The notes: a model not told the origin generated them from the sequence alone. 64,000 bases of DNA from Bdellovibrionota bacterium (GCA_044347345.1 JBIKUX010000010.1:27032-91031), one strand, 5' to 3'; counted from the stretch's first letter, positions 19,413-29,579 are shown. Translations and numbers: made by a program.

Positions 19413-21209
19413 CTAAATCGAACAAGGAGCTGACTGGTTTAAATTTATGCGATTAATGTCTAGCAGGTCTGCTATTTTATTCCTGAAGGCGCTTGCCTGA
19501 GAGCGGTCGCAAAAGGGAGCTAAAGTTAAGTCAATAGCCCGAATTTTTTTAGTTAATGCAAGGCGCCATTCAATATCATCTATGAGTTTAAGAGCTTTCT
19601 CCTCATATTCGTTCTCACTTCTTGCTACTAATTCGGATAGACCAATAGCTTGAAGCATGGCTGATCCGATTCTGTTATACCATTTTGAGCCTTGGCGAGT
19701 TACGATTGGTCGCCCACATACTAGCGAATCAAAAACAGAATTACATCCACCAAAATGGAAAGAGTCTAAACAAAAATCACTGTCAGCAATAACTTGAAGG
19801 TAGGCAATGTAGTCACCGTCGGTGTATATCTCAACTTTAGCAGGGGCAAGGCGCTTGTGCAATATCTCCATAAATGGGAGTAACCCATAATCACGTAAAA
19901 TAAGAGGCCCAGTAAGAAAACGAAAAATAATTGGTTTTTGGAACTTATGTATTAATCTTTCTAAAACAGAAATCAATAAATAGTTGGTTTTGTGAGCTGA
20001 CCAAGGACAGGCTATGACAATTTGCTCGCGATCGCTTGATAAGCATGAATCTATTTTCTGTGGAGCTGGCTCATGGATAACTCCAAATCCAGATACTGAC
20101 AGAATTGATTCAGAGTAGTTGTTTGCCAATTCTTCATGATCTTCAACATCATCACTAACTATAAAATAGTCAATTTCAGCGCCCCATGTGCTGACTGAAT
20201 GTCCGTAAGTTGTAACTTGAATTGGAGCCAATCGGAGGTTGGCTAAGAATATGCTTGAAGGATGCATACCTATTTCAGTAAAATAGATCAGACGATGTTT
20301 TTTTGATTTTATAGTGTTGATGGCTTCATTAAGCTTCGAGTTGTACATTGGAACGATATTCGAGCATAACTTTGAGTCTTGTCCAGGATGAAGAGCGTAA
20401 AGAGTAACATCAGCTATGGTCTGCAATGCTTCTATGAAAGCTTTTTGATTTCTGTAAACAGCGTGTCCTTGTAGGAGGCATGATGCAATAATACCGATAC
20501 TTTTAGAGTTGCTTTCTTCATTAAATGTATCTCGTTCAAATATTTTACAAGCGTTATTGATTAATTGTTTGATAAATCGGTCGTTGTCTGGGTCGATATA
20601 GGTACTTCCATAATAAACTTCAGCGATATTTGATACCGGTATAAACCTAGGATCTTGAAAACAAAGTAAGGATTTTAATCTTTGAAAAGTATCTTTATCA
20701 GAAAGACCACTTTGATATAGAGATAAGTAATTACAGTACCACAATGATGCAAGGTGCGGACTTGCATCAAAAATAGAACTAGGGTCAAGTTGAACAGTAT
20801 TTCTAGCTGAGAGAAGCATACAGAGTTTGCTGGCTTGTTTGAATTGCCTTTGAAGTAGTAATTTAATCGCCGTATCAGTCGATCTAAATTCTGATATCGT
20901 AATTAAGTTACTTAAAAGAGAATTAAAATAAACAAAGTTTGCTTGTAGGATCGGCGGAATTACGAAATCTTCTTTACAGAAGAAGAAAAGAAAATCCTCA
21001 ATAAATTGAGTTATAGCAGTCACAAATAATGCTGGTGGTTCCTTGGTAGCGCCTGTTTTATTAATCACAGTGGATACCGAGTTACCGATCGCCTGTAGTC
21101 GCTCTAGCATACTAATAGCAAGGGCATGATTATTTTTTTGAAGATATAAAGACATCCAAGAGCGACTGTTACCTGTTAGAAGCGAATAAATGTTCATAGT
21201 AAGTGTCAT
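19413..21209 (-). CDS. GT41 glycosyltransferase (HMW1C/OGT-like)
   Basis: RLAPIQVTTYGHSVST, IDYFI, LDSFHFGGCNSVFDSL..G.PIVT; no obvious TPR array. Confidence 0.85.
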   Translation of the reverse strand: MTLTMNIYSLLTGNSRSWMSLYLQKNNHALAISMLERLQAIGNSVSTVINKTGATKEPPALFVTAITQFIEDFLFFFCKEDFVIPPILQANFVYFNSLLSNLITISEFRSTDTAIKLLLQRQFKQASKLCMLLSARNTVQLDPSSIFDASPHLASLWYCNYLSLYQSGLSDKDTFQRLKSLLCFQDPRFIPVSNIAEVYYGSTYIDPDNDRFIKQLINNACKIFERDTFNEESNSKSIGIIASCLLQGHAVYRNQKAFIEALQTIADVTLYALHPGQDSKLCSNIVPMYNSKLNEAINTIKSKKHRLIYFTEIGMHPSSIFLANLRLAPIQVTTYGHSVSTWGAEIDYFIVSDDVEDHEELANNYSESILSVSGFGVIHEPAPQKIDSCLSSDREQIVIACPWSAHKTNYLLISVLERLIHKFQKPIIFRFLTGPLILRDYGLLPFMEILHKRLAPAKVEIYTDGDYIAYLQVIADSDFCLDSFHFGGCNSVFDSLVCGRPIVTRQGSKWYNRIGSAMLQAIGLSELVARSENEYEEKALKLIDDIEWRLALTKKIRAIDLTLAPFCDRSQASAFRNKIADLLDINRINLNQSAPCSI

Positions 21210-21223
21210 GTTTAGGAAAATGA

Positions 21224-22153
21224 ATGAAATATGATCTTAATCAACTTAAAGACCTTTTAAATCAACATTTCGTTTATCCTGATTACTTTAGTGGCAGAGG
21301 TATAGTTATTGTTGGTGGAGGCGCTACCTTACCATCAGCTTACATCGCTGTTCGTAGCTTACGATACCACAATTGCGTACTTCCTATTCAGATGTGGCAT
21401 CTGGGACCATCGGAGTTAACATCTGCGTGGCGAAGAAATTTTGAGATGTTTGGGGTTGAATTTGTTGATACCTATGAGATTGCAAAGGTGTTACCCGGGA
21501 ACCCTAAGGGACCTTGGCCGGCAAAACCTTTTGCATTGATGTATTCGCCTTATGCAGAAGTACTTCTGATTGATGCAGATAATATGGCTCTTTGCAATCC
21601 AACGTTTCTGTTCGACAATGAGTCTTATAGGGCAATGGGGGCAATTTTTTGGCCTGATTTTGTTCCTCAGAATGGAGATTTTTGGGCGATAAAAGAATCA
21701 ACATGGACACTACTTGGCTTACAAGCGAGATTCGCGGCAGAACTTGAGACGGGACAAGTTTTAGTGAATAAAGCACTTACTTGGAAAGAACTAAATATCA
21801 CCATGCACATGAACCAGCATTGTGAGTATTACTACAATGGTATTTCTCACGGTGATACAGCTACTTTTTTGTTTGCTTGGATATTGTGTGGTTCTAAAAT
21901 ATTTGTAGTGCCACATAGACCAAAAATGACAATTCCGTCGGTGAATATTGATTATTTCTTTACCGTTAACAACCGAGAGCACCACAAAATAGTCAATCAG
22001 GATTGGAAGGTACGAATTCAATTTGCTCCAGATGGACAGCCACTTTTTCAACATTCTAGAAAATGGTTTATGCCGGCAATTAAAAATCCACGAATTTCAG
22101 AATTTATGGATGAAGAACTTTGTTTTTCATGGCTATCAGAGCTTCGCTGGTAA
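21224..22153 (+). CDS. GT71-like alpha-mannosyltransferase (Mnn1/Mnn2 type)
   Basis: RGIVIVGGG, LPIQMW, KPFAL..SPY.EVLLIDADN, GAIFWPDF, ETGQVLVNK, GD..TF..AW. Confidence 0.8.
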   Translation: MKYDLNQLKDLLNQHFVYPDYFSGRGIVIVGGGATLPSAYIAVRSLRYHNCVLPIQMWHLGPSELTSAWRRNFEMFGVEFVDTYEIAKVLPGNPKGPWPAKPFALMYSPYAEVLLIDADNMALCNPTFLFDNESYRAMGAIFWPDFVPQNGDFWAIKESTWTLLGLQARFAAELETGQVLVNKALTWKELNITMHMNQHCEYYYNGISHGDTATFLFAWILCGSKIFVVPHRPKMTIPSVNIDYFFTVNNREHHKIVNQDWKVRIQFAPDGQPLFQHSRKWFMPAIKNPRISEFMDEELCFSWLSELRW

Positions 22154-22168
22154 AGACAGCAACTCAGA

Positions 22169-22882
22169 TTAGTTAAAAAAACCGGTCAAAAACGAAAACA
22201 TATCGTTCTCACTGTCTTCTGATCCCTCCCATAAATACGTAGCAGCACAGCGAGCTAGAGGTTTAAAGAGTCTATTTGGATAATATGAAGAGGGTTCATA
22301 CCCATCATCTAAAAATGATGGTGGCCGCATGTAAGGATGAAAATGAGGTATCCATCGCTTAACTTCAATATAACTTACTGATTTATGGCTTGCTACATTT
22401 ATAACCTTAATAAGAAGGCTGGCTTTATTAAGGCTTGCAAGTGGTTGAAGGTTTCCTACAATTATATAATTGTAGCCCGCAGAGTATGCTTGCGAAATAC
22501 CACCGAAATTACCGGTATAAAATTCCTGTCTCTTTCCTGGCCAATCTTCTCGATTAAGTATTTCAAAGATAGCCTGTCCCTGTTTTTGTAATAGTGTCTG
22601 GTGAATTTCCCAGGCCATCTCATGACCAAGTCCTGTAGTTGAACTAGTAGTAGAAGTAAGATTAGCCGGAACGGTAAAAGGAATGATTCCTACTCGAGGA
22701 GGGGTATTAGTGTCGTTTTGATCAGATAGAACATCCCAAAGTGGTTCGTAAATATAAGCACGGATTTTGCAAGAATCTTTGATATCGTAATCCGTGGTAA
22801 ATATTGCTGGTATCAACGAACATCCAATAGAAATTGTAGCAAGTGTCAAAAAAAAGACAGTTAGGAGTATTCGTTGAGTCAT
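22169..22882 (-). CDS. Putative lipoprotein, possibly FlgO/CsgG-like fold
   Basis: Lipobox-like SIGC after a hydrophobic leader; RVGIIPF and YIIVG...IKVINV pattern; ATG 22882 preferred. Confidence 0.55.
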   Translation of the reverse strand: MTQRILLTVFFLTLATISIGCSLIPAIFTTDYDIKDSCKIRAYIYEPLWDVLSDQNDTNTPPRVGIIPFTVPANLTSTTSSTTGLGHEMAWEIHQTLLQKQGQAIFEILNREDWPGKRQEFYTGNFGGISQAYSAGYNYIIVGNLQPLASLNKASLLIKVINVASHKSVSYIEVKRWIPHFHPYMRPPSFLDDGYEPSSYYPNRLFKPLARCAATYLWEGSEDSENDMFSFLTGFFN

Positions 22883-23020
22883 TTCGATGGAAAATTTTAG
22901 TAGTGTCGACCTATGAAGGAAAAAAAGGCGATTAGGATGAAAGTATCTCACTCAATCAGCTCAATATTTATCTATAATTTATTTCAAATGATAAGTCCTT
23001 CAATCTCAACTATTCAAATA

Positions 23021-23791
23021 ATGTGCCAACTTAGAACTTATAAAAAAAAGTTATTTGGCTGGAATGGTATTACCAAATATATTTTGGTTTTGTTAATTGT
23101 TTTCGTTATAGGATGTAGCAAGCGGTATAACGATCTCCCAGTTTACTCGCCAATTCCGCTTGTTGAGTATACCAACGAGTCGGTAGGGCGCTTTAAGTCT
23201 TCATTTCTTGCGGAGCAAATAGATGAGTATTACGAAGGTGTTGATCCAGGGCCTATAGGGGTGACAACACTCGTAAATCTTGATGACCTATATAGAAGCT
23301 CTACCTTTGGTCGTCTTTACGCAGAGCAATTAATGAGTGAATTGACGATGCGTGGGTTTGAAGTTGTTGAGCTTCGGCATAGTGATGCAATTCAATTTCT
23401 CGAGCGTGATGGAGAGTTTGCTCTTTCACGCAACTCTTTTTCTGTTCGACCTATGCGAGAGCTGGGCGGTCTTGTCGTTGGTACTTATGCATCTTCACAG
23501 GATCGAGTTTATGTAAATGTACGTCTTATAGAGCCCAGTACTTCAAGAATAGTATCAGCAGGTTCAGTTGAGATGTCAAAAACGACTGAGCTTGCTAGGT
23601 TGTTGAAGAGAGGAGGAGGTGGTGGTAGTAGTGGAACTGGAACATTAGAGCGAATTCCAATAAGAAGGCTCGGGTATACAATGTATCCTCATTTCTCAGA
23701 TGATTCGGTAGACCCTCTTGAGCGAGGAGATGATAAGGGTCTACCGCCAACAAATTTGCCCGCTCAAATACCCAGAATAATAAAGCGATAA
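23021..23791 (+). CDS. FlgO-family outer-membrane lipoprotein
   Basis: Lipobox VIGC; VTTLVNLDDL..SSTFGR..AEQL, GEFALSR, VGTY, VNVRLI; start inferred. Confidence 0.8.
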   Translation: MCQLRTYKKKLFGWNGITKYILVLLIVFVIGCSKRYNDLPVYSPIPLVEYTNESVGRFKSSFLAEQIDEYYEGVDPGPIGVTTLVNLDDLYRSSTFGRLYAEQLMSELTMRGFEVVELRHSDAIQFLERDGEFALSRNSFSVRPMRELGGLVVGTYASSQDRVYVNVRLIEPSTSRIVSAGSVEMSKTTELARLLKRGGGGGSSGTGTLERIPIRRLGYTMYPHFSDDSVDPLERGDDKGLPPTNLPAQIPRIIKR

Positions 23792-23912
23792 ACCGAAGCT
23801 TTGTGGGATTACGGTAGTTATTGCTCGAAAAGCACTTTTTATACATTTAGCTAGTGAATAAAATGCATCAGTGCTATGAATAATCTGGAGGTAATGAGAG
23901 CAAACGGGTTAC

Positions 23913-24674
23913 ATGTCGACAAAGAGCATTGCTTACAGAGGAGAGATGAGTGTTCTAGCAGATGTTAGTTGTCCTAAAACTACCGCAAATTCACGACTTG
24001 TTAGAACCTTTTGGATAGTACATTCGGCACTCTTTACCACAAATATTTTTCTCTTTGAATCACCATCATCTGATGATACTAGTCGTGGATGTCATCTTAA
24101 ATTTTTTGATGCAGATGGTTCCCTTATTAACGAGGTCTGGTACGCTGATTCCGCTGGTCAAGGCTCTATATTTCCTGTCGCTCCATTTTTATCATCTGCT
24201 AAGCTTGAGAGTGGGCTAGCTCATGGGGCATTGCAAGTTGAGATGAATCAAAGTGCGTTGTTGCGTTGCTTGTTAGTGGCACCGGGAATGCGTTTCCCAA
24301 TGGATCAATTAATTTATGCTGACTATTGTACTCCAGTAGTAATGCCTTTTTCCTTTCGAGCGGCACAAAGAAGCATTATTGCCATAGTGAATTCTGTAAA
24401 TTCACCAATTGATTTTATTGTTCGTGTCGTATACCGCAATCAGAAAATTGAAACAGTACGAACTTGTCCAGCACAAGGAACAAGACTTTTAAGTTTTCCA
24501 GGAGAATATTTTTTTCTTAAATTTGTTGAAGGGAAAGGTGGGACAGTCGAGATTTTTCCGTGTATGCAGGGAGTATGTATAGGTATTCAAATCCTCACAG
24601 AAATAACTAATGGAGAGTGCACTGAGACAAATGTTTCACACTATGTAGGATTGACCGCATGGGATAATTGGTAA
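23913..24674 (+). CDS. Hypothetical protein
   Basis: 253-aa ORF overlapping the next gene. Confidence 0.6.
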   Translation: MSTKSIAYRGEMSVLADVSCPKTTANSRLVRTFWIVHSALFTTNIFLFESPSSDDTSRGCHLKFFDADGSLINEVWYADSAGQGSIFPVAPFLSSAKLESGLAHGALQVEMNQSALLRCLLVAPGMRFPMDQLIYADYCTPVVMPFSFRAAQRSIIAIVNSVNSPIDFIVRVVYRNQKIETVRTCPAQGTRLLSFPGEYFFLKFVEGKGGTVEIFPCMQGVCIGIQILTEITNGECTETNVSHYVGLTAWDNW

Positions 24675-25426
24675 TGGATACGCACAGACGAACTCCGACT
24701 TTTGATTGGATTTTATATTTACCTAAGTATTCAAAATGTACAGTTTGTTGTTCTGTTTATAGCTATAACCACACTCCCAAATCTTTTAATGATGTAACAC
24801 TAGTGACCAAAATTCATGAATTAGGTAATACCGAGCAACAAAAATTTATTGGAGAGCTAAAAAGAGTCGCTTTTGGTTGGTGTGGAAGTATAAATTTTAC
24901 TCCACGAGATAGACATGATAATCACCCTGATGATGAGTTAACCACAGATTATCAGAAAAGGTGGAGCACTTACTTGCTTTCTGTTAGCCCCAGCATGATT
25001 ACGAGTAATGGCTCAGAAAATTTTTTTAAGGAGCAATCCATTCTTAAGGCTCGGTGTGCGGTTAATATTATGTTACCCTTACGTTCTATAAACTACTTGG
25101 GAGTGATATATGACAACCTTGCCTATAGAGGAGATCAAAACCGACCTTCAGTAACGCTCCCTCTATTTTGTGATACTGGTACTTCTATCAGATCTTCGCT
25201 TGTAGCTATTAATCCCACAGTTAACTCACTTTACTTAAGCGGTCTTTTGTCGGAATTAGATCCGATTATCATTTATCCAAGTAGTGCTGTTGAGATAGAC
25301 CTGTCAAGAAGTGTTCCAAAGGATACAAAATTTAAAGTGCTTTCTTGGAGTAACGATGGCGGAATAGCCCTTTCTGTTCATAGATTAGCTGCTGATGGAG
25401 AGGTTATTTTGGTAGATTGTTTATGA
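24668..25426 (+). CDS. Hypothetical protein
   Basis: 252-aa ORF tightly packed between neighbours. Confidence 0.6.
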   Translation: MVMDTHRRTPTFDWILYLPKYSKCTVCCSVYSYNHTPKSFNDVTLVTKIHELGNTEQQKFIGELKRVAFGWCGSINFTPRDRHDNHPDDELTTDYQKRWSTYLLSVSPSMITSNGSENFFKEQSILKARCAVNIMLPLRSINYLGVIYDNLAYRGDQNRPSVTLPLFCDTGTSIRSSLVAINPTVNSLYLSGLLSELDPIIIYPSSAVEIDLSRSVPKDTKFKVLSWSNDGGIALSVHRLAADGEVILVDCL

Positions 25427-26190
25427 GCATTATGTTTTATGCTCCTTATGGTCAAGAAAATGAGGACGGATGGCTTATTTATTTAATAGCTAAATATCTT
25501 AGTGAATCAAGACAAGAATTATTACATCTTGTATGTAACGGTTGTTATTCTCTTTGTCTAAGAGATAAAAAACATAATTGGCGACGACCGATAGATGGAT
25601 GTACTGTTTGTAGTGCTGAGCAAACCTACTTTGGGTCTGTGGTAAATATTGATTCGTGTTCTTTATCCTCTTTCATAGAGCCTGCTGATATTCTTCTGGC
25701 CGATAGGACTGTAAATCAGATACCAACAGAGGAGCTTATATCAGCAAAATTTGCTGGCTTTGAGCTTTTCCCTTTTGCATTACCAACACTTAAAAGTCGG
25801 TTCGGAGCTAAGGGCAATTTTGAAAAATATAATCATTATGAAAGTATACTAAGGCAAATATTTCGTGGATGTATCTTAACATACATTGCAGGGAAACGGC
25901 TCACAAAAAAAAATGCAATCAATTTGGTTATCACCGCAGGTGAAAAGGAGTATCTTTTGGCAGCTCTTGTGCTTGCAGTTAAAGAGGCTATGATTCCACG
26001 TTACTATATTCGATATGATTTATCTCGTCGATGTTTGGTGGTGCACATTGAGCATATCAATCAAATTGTTGAGATTCCATTTGTCTCAGATGCATTATCT
26101 CTTCAGTATCAGGCACCTAATCTATGGCCAAGCGCTGTTAAAGATGCAATTGAGCTTCTCTTTCAAAAGACTGAGATATTATTTAAATAA
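25417..26190 (+). CDS. Hypothetical protein with N-terminal Cys cluster
   Basis: CNGCYSLC...CTVC; 257 aa. Confidence 0.6.
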   Translation: MFMSIMFYAPYGQENEDGWLIYLIAKYLSESRQELLHLVCNGCYSLCLRDKKHNWRRPIDGCTVCSAEQTYFGSVVNIDSCSLSSFIEPADILLADRTVNQIPTEELISAKFAGFELFPFALPTLKSRFGAKGNFEKYNHYESILRQIFRGCILTYIAGKRLTKKNAINLVITAGEKEYLLAALVLAVKEAMIPRYYIRYDLSRRCLVVHIEHINQIVEIPFVSDALSLQYQAPNLWPSAVKDAIELLFQKTEILFK

Positions 26191-26230
26191 ACTATTATTT
26201 TTATTAGGATTAGGAGAGTCTAGTGGAAGT

Positions 26231-26860
26231 TTACTTTGTTATCGGTTCTCCTTCTAGTTCTTTCTTTATTAGTTGAATTGTGTCACATAGTGCTCGATTG
26301 ATTTTAAGATCTAAAATAGCATCTTCTTGAGAGGCAAATTCTTCTAAGCTATTTTGAATATCTAATACGAGGTTATCGGTGATTTTTGTATAACCGGCCC
26401 AAATTAAATAATTTTTAATTGTTTTGGCAAATTGTCGAAATATTGAGCCAGTTAGTTCAGGGAATAAAGCAATAATTTCCAGCATAGCCACTAGCGCTTC
26501 AGCGCCAACAAATTTTTCGACATGTTTTATAGCGTCTCTTTGCTCATCAACTGGTAATAAATTTAATAATGCCAAATACAGTTCAATAACGACTTTTGCC
26601 CATCTTCGCTCGGGTATCTGTTGCCATTCGCTTTCGGGAATTATGCTGGAGATGGAGGCTGTATTGGAGTCTTGTAGTTTTTTGCTGAGGGATAAACTTG
26701 TAATGTATTGTTGAGTAACCGATTTGGCTATAATTAGAAGGCAGACTTCAGCCGGATCAATTTTAAGAGAATTAATCGCATCAAAGCACTCTGTTACTCG
26801 AGATAACTCTGTTTCTTGGGATAACTCTGTTTCTCGGGATATTTGAGGATCGTCATTCAT
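26231..26860 (-). CDS. Hypothetical helical protein
   Basis: 209-aa ORF with ATG start, downstream of rsgA on the same strand. Confidence 0.6.
   Translation of the reverse strand: MNDDPQISRETELSQETELSRVTECFDAINSLKIDPAEVCLLIIAKSVTQQYITSLSLSKKLQDSNTASISSIIPESEWQQIPERRWAKVVIELYLALLNLLPVDEQRDAIKHVEKFVGAEALVAMLEIIALFPELTGSIFRQFAKTIKNYLIWAGYTKITDNLVLDIQNSLEEFASQEDAILDLKINRALCDTIQLIKKELEGEPITK
26788..26841. repeat. 18-bp imperfect tandem repeat, 3 copies, encoding (I/L)S(R/Q)(E/V)TE
   Basis: ACTCTGTTACTCGAGATA, ACTCTGTTTCTTGGGATA, ACTCTGTTTCTCGGGATA. Confidence 0.9.
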
Positions 26861-27003
26861 TAGAAAAATAGTTGCATTCTGACTGCTTTAATTAGTTTTG
26901 GAGAAGATTTAGTAGCCTGTGCGTTAAATCCAGCTACTGGAGAAATAGTTTATTGAGTGCCCACAAAAAATTATAAGATTTTCAGAACGACTATTTTAAT
27001 ATA

Positions 27004-27972
27004 CTACAATTTTCTATTTTGCTTGATTTCAGAAATTATATGGCAGTAGGAATTATATCTTAGTTGAGATATCTCACCGTGCTTTACAGCATTCATAACA
27101 CCGCAGTTATCCTCACCAAGATGCATGCAATCTATAAAGCGACACTCAAGAGATTTTGCAGAAAATTCGGGAAATCCTTTCATCATATCAGTTAGCGATA
27201 AGTGAGAGAGGCCAAAGTGTTGCAATCCTGGTGAATCAAGTATTAGTAAGTTAGCTCCACTACTTGTGGTATATCTGTGTGCTTTTGATTGAGTAGTTGT
27301 TTGTCTGCCTTGACCAGTTTTTTTGCTTACTGATTGGGTAATTTGATTCACATTAGGGATTAAACAATTGATAATTGTCGATTTACCTACTCCCGATGGG
27401 CCACAGAGAAGAACAATTTGGTTCGATTGTGAATCTAGTTGAATTTTTAGTGATATTAAACCGTCTTGGTCAAGAGCGGTGGTTATTAAACATGAATGGG
27501 CTATAGTTAGGTATGGTTGGAAGAGGCTGTTTATCGTTTCTTCAGGTTCAATATCTCCTTTATTACATATTAATGTAACTTGAATACCTTCATTGGCCGC
27601 AGCTACCAACGCTCGATCAATAAATAGGTTATTCCAAAGTGGAGGCGGTGCCATAATGAGATAGATATGATCTAGATTAGCACCGATTAACTTAGTGCGT
27701 CCTTCATAAGCTCGGCGAAGAACATTTGTTCGTTTTAAATGTTTGGTAAGTTTGTAATAATCTGAAGATAGTCCGTCTTGTAAAATTTCTACTTTATCAC
27801 CAACAACAAGAGGTTCCCATTTGTTTGGAAGAGCTAGATTAATTTCATTTTGTAAAAGGTTAGTATCTGTTGCAATTGCTGTTACTGTTCTTCGTGTTGC
27901 AGACACGATAACACCACTAAAGGTAAACCCTGATTTTGATGGTAAATTATTTTCCGTTGAATGGGATGACAC
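27004..27972 (-). CDS. rsgA: Ribosome small subunit-dependent GTPase A
   Basis: Circularly permuted NKGD...GPSGVGKST...GRQTT...DSPG and C-terminal CRFIDCMH...C zinc finger. Confidence 0.95.
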   Translation of the reverse strand: MSSHSTENNLPSKSGFTFSGVIVSATRRTVTAIATDTNLLQNEINLALPNKWEPLVVGDKVEILQDGLSSDYYKLTKHLKRTNVLRRAYEGRTKLIGANLDHIYLIMAPPPLWNNLFIDRALVAAANEGIQVTLICNKGDIEPEETINSLFQPYLTIAHSCLITTALDQDGLISLKIQLDSQSNQIVLLCGPSGVGKSTIINCLIPNVNQITQSVSKKTGQGRQTTTQSKAHRYTTSSGANLLILDSPGLQHFGLSHLSLTDMMKGFPEFSAKSLECRFIDCMHLGEDNCGVMNAVKHGEISQLRYNSYCHIISEIKQNRKL

Positions 27973-28069
27973 TTATAACAATCCACTATGGTTATGCTTG
28001 GTATGGCGGTTCGGTATGACAATAAAAAATTAACATAGTATAGTTAACAAAAGATATTTATATGGACTG

Positions 28070-28573
28070 ATGTTTAAGCAACCTATTTCATTTAGAATTA
28101 ATGATTCTACTGTTGGCGATAATCTCAAAAGTAACAGTAAATGGCGACTAAGTAACGGTGTTATGATATTGAAAAATTATCTTAGGGTACCTGTTTTAAA
28201 AATTGGAGGGATAAAACAAAAGTTTCAGACTTACTTACAGACTTACTTAAAAAGTAGTCACTGGGAAAGTTGTATATTTTTTCTTCCTGGAGCTCTCTTA
28301 ATGCTCACAGGGATGGCGTTTGTTTTAGCGCCAAATCTAATTATCTTTTTGATAGCATGTTTTTTCTTTCTTATCGGTGCGATAGTTTGGTTTATTGCCT
28401 ACAAGCTTTTACTTTTTAAGTATAGAGTTGAAAAAATAATACGGTCTTTTGAAGGAAGAATTATTTTACAGGCAGGAGGGATAACTAGTAGTTTGTCAAA
28501 TGAAGAAAAATCAGATTCGTCTTCTATAATAGATACTTCTTTAGACGGTCGAAAAAAGACCTATTTTCATTAG
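28070..28573 (+). CDS. Hypothetical two-TM membrane protein
   Basis: Two long hydrophobic stretches; start uncertain. Confidence 0.6.
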   Translation: MFKQPISFRINDSTVGDNLKSNSKWRLSNGVMILKNYLRVPVLKIGGIKQKFQTYLQTYLKSSHWESCIFFLPGALLMLTGMAFVLAPNLIIFLIACFFFLIGAIVWFIAYKLLLFKYRVEKIIRSFEGRIILQAGGITSSLSNEEKSDSSSIIDTSLDGRKKTYFH

Positions 28574-28574
28574 G

Positions 28575-29579
28575 TCAAACTAGTTGATCGTCTCCACCGC
28601 CACCAACATAAATTTTGCCTTCAGCTTCTAGGCGTCTGGTGATGTCAATAATACCTTGTTGACCTTTTTCGACGTCTTTTAATTTAACAGGCCCTAATGC
28701 TTGGAGATCTTCTAGAATCATTTGGGCAGCGCGTTGCGATACATTGCGAAAAATTTGCTCCTTTAAGTTATCAGAAGCAGTTTTTAGCGATAGCACCAAC
28801 TGATCTCGAGGAACCTCTTTGAGTATAGTTTGAATGCCACGGTCATCAACTTTTTTGAGATCCTCAAAGGTAAACATTAAATTACGAATCTTCTCAGCTA
28901 TGTCTGGATGAAGTTCATCCAGCTCGCTCATGATCCTGGCTTCATTGGTTCGTTCAACAAAATTTAGTATATCAGCGGCCGCTTTTGGACCACCGACCTC
29001 TTCTTCTTCAGCTAAACCAGCTCCTCTTAAGGTAGCTCTGAGTACTTCTCTTACTTCATCAACTACTTCAGATTTAACGTTATTTAGATTTGCTATTCGA
29101 AGCAATACATCTGTTTGACCTTCCTCAGTCATTGTTTGAAGCACTGACGCTGCTTGGTCAGGATTCATTTTAGTTAGAAGGAATGCTATCGTCTGTGGGT
29201 GCTCTGAATGAATAAAAGAATGAAGAATTTTTTCAGGAACATCGGCAATGATTGCACTAATAAATTCTTTCTTTGAACCTGTGATGTAGTCAAGTAGACC
29301 GTCTCCATCAGCATCGCCGAAAGCTTCGGCAATCACATCTTTGGCAAAGTCACGCCCGTCTATGAGCATGCTCTTGCCACCTTTAAGCATAGTGCGAAAT
29401 TCGTTCACAATCGCCAGTTGAGTTTCACGATCAACTTCACTAACGGACATAAAGGCTCGGCTTACTCTTTTGACCTCCTGCTCGTTTAAATGACGGATAA
29501 CATCTGATGCGAGCTCTTTTCCCAAGCTTAAAAGAGTAAGAGCTGCCTTCTCTGTATTATTAAGGTCACGTCCAGCCAT
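28575..29579 (-). CDS. fliG: Flagellar motor switch protein FliG
   Basis: EKAA..LLSLG, EHPQTIA, GG.KAAADILN, MFTFEDL, NVSQRAA. Confidence 0.96.
   Translation of the reverse strand: MAGRDLNNTEKAALTLLSLGKELASDVIRHLNEQEVKRVSRAFMSVSEVDRETQLAIVNEFRTMLKGGKSMLIDGRDFAKDVIAEAFGDADGDGLLDYITGSKKEFISAIIADVPEKILHSFIHSEHPQTIAFLLTKMNPDQAASVLQTMTEEGQTDVLLRIANLNNVKSEVVDEVREVLRATLRGAGLAEEEEVGGPKAAADILNFVERTNEARIMSELDELHPDIAEKIRNLMFTFEDLKKVDDRGIQTILKEVPRDQLVLSLKTASDNLKEQIFRNVSQRAAQMILEDLQALGPVKLKDVEKGQQGIIDITRRLEAEGKIYVGGGGDDQLV

Noticed and set aside
22883-23020. Overlap of the two divergent lipoprotein ORFs as called
   Set aside because: Later ATGs (22882 and about 23021) place signal peptides near the N-termini and remove the overlap.
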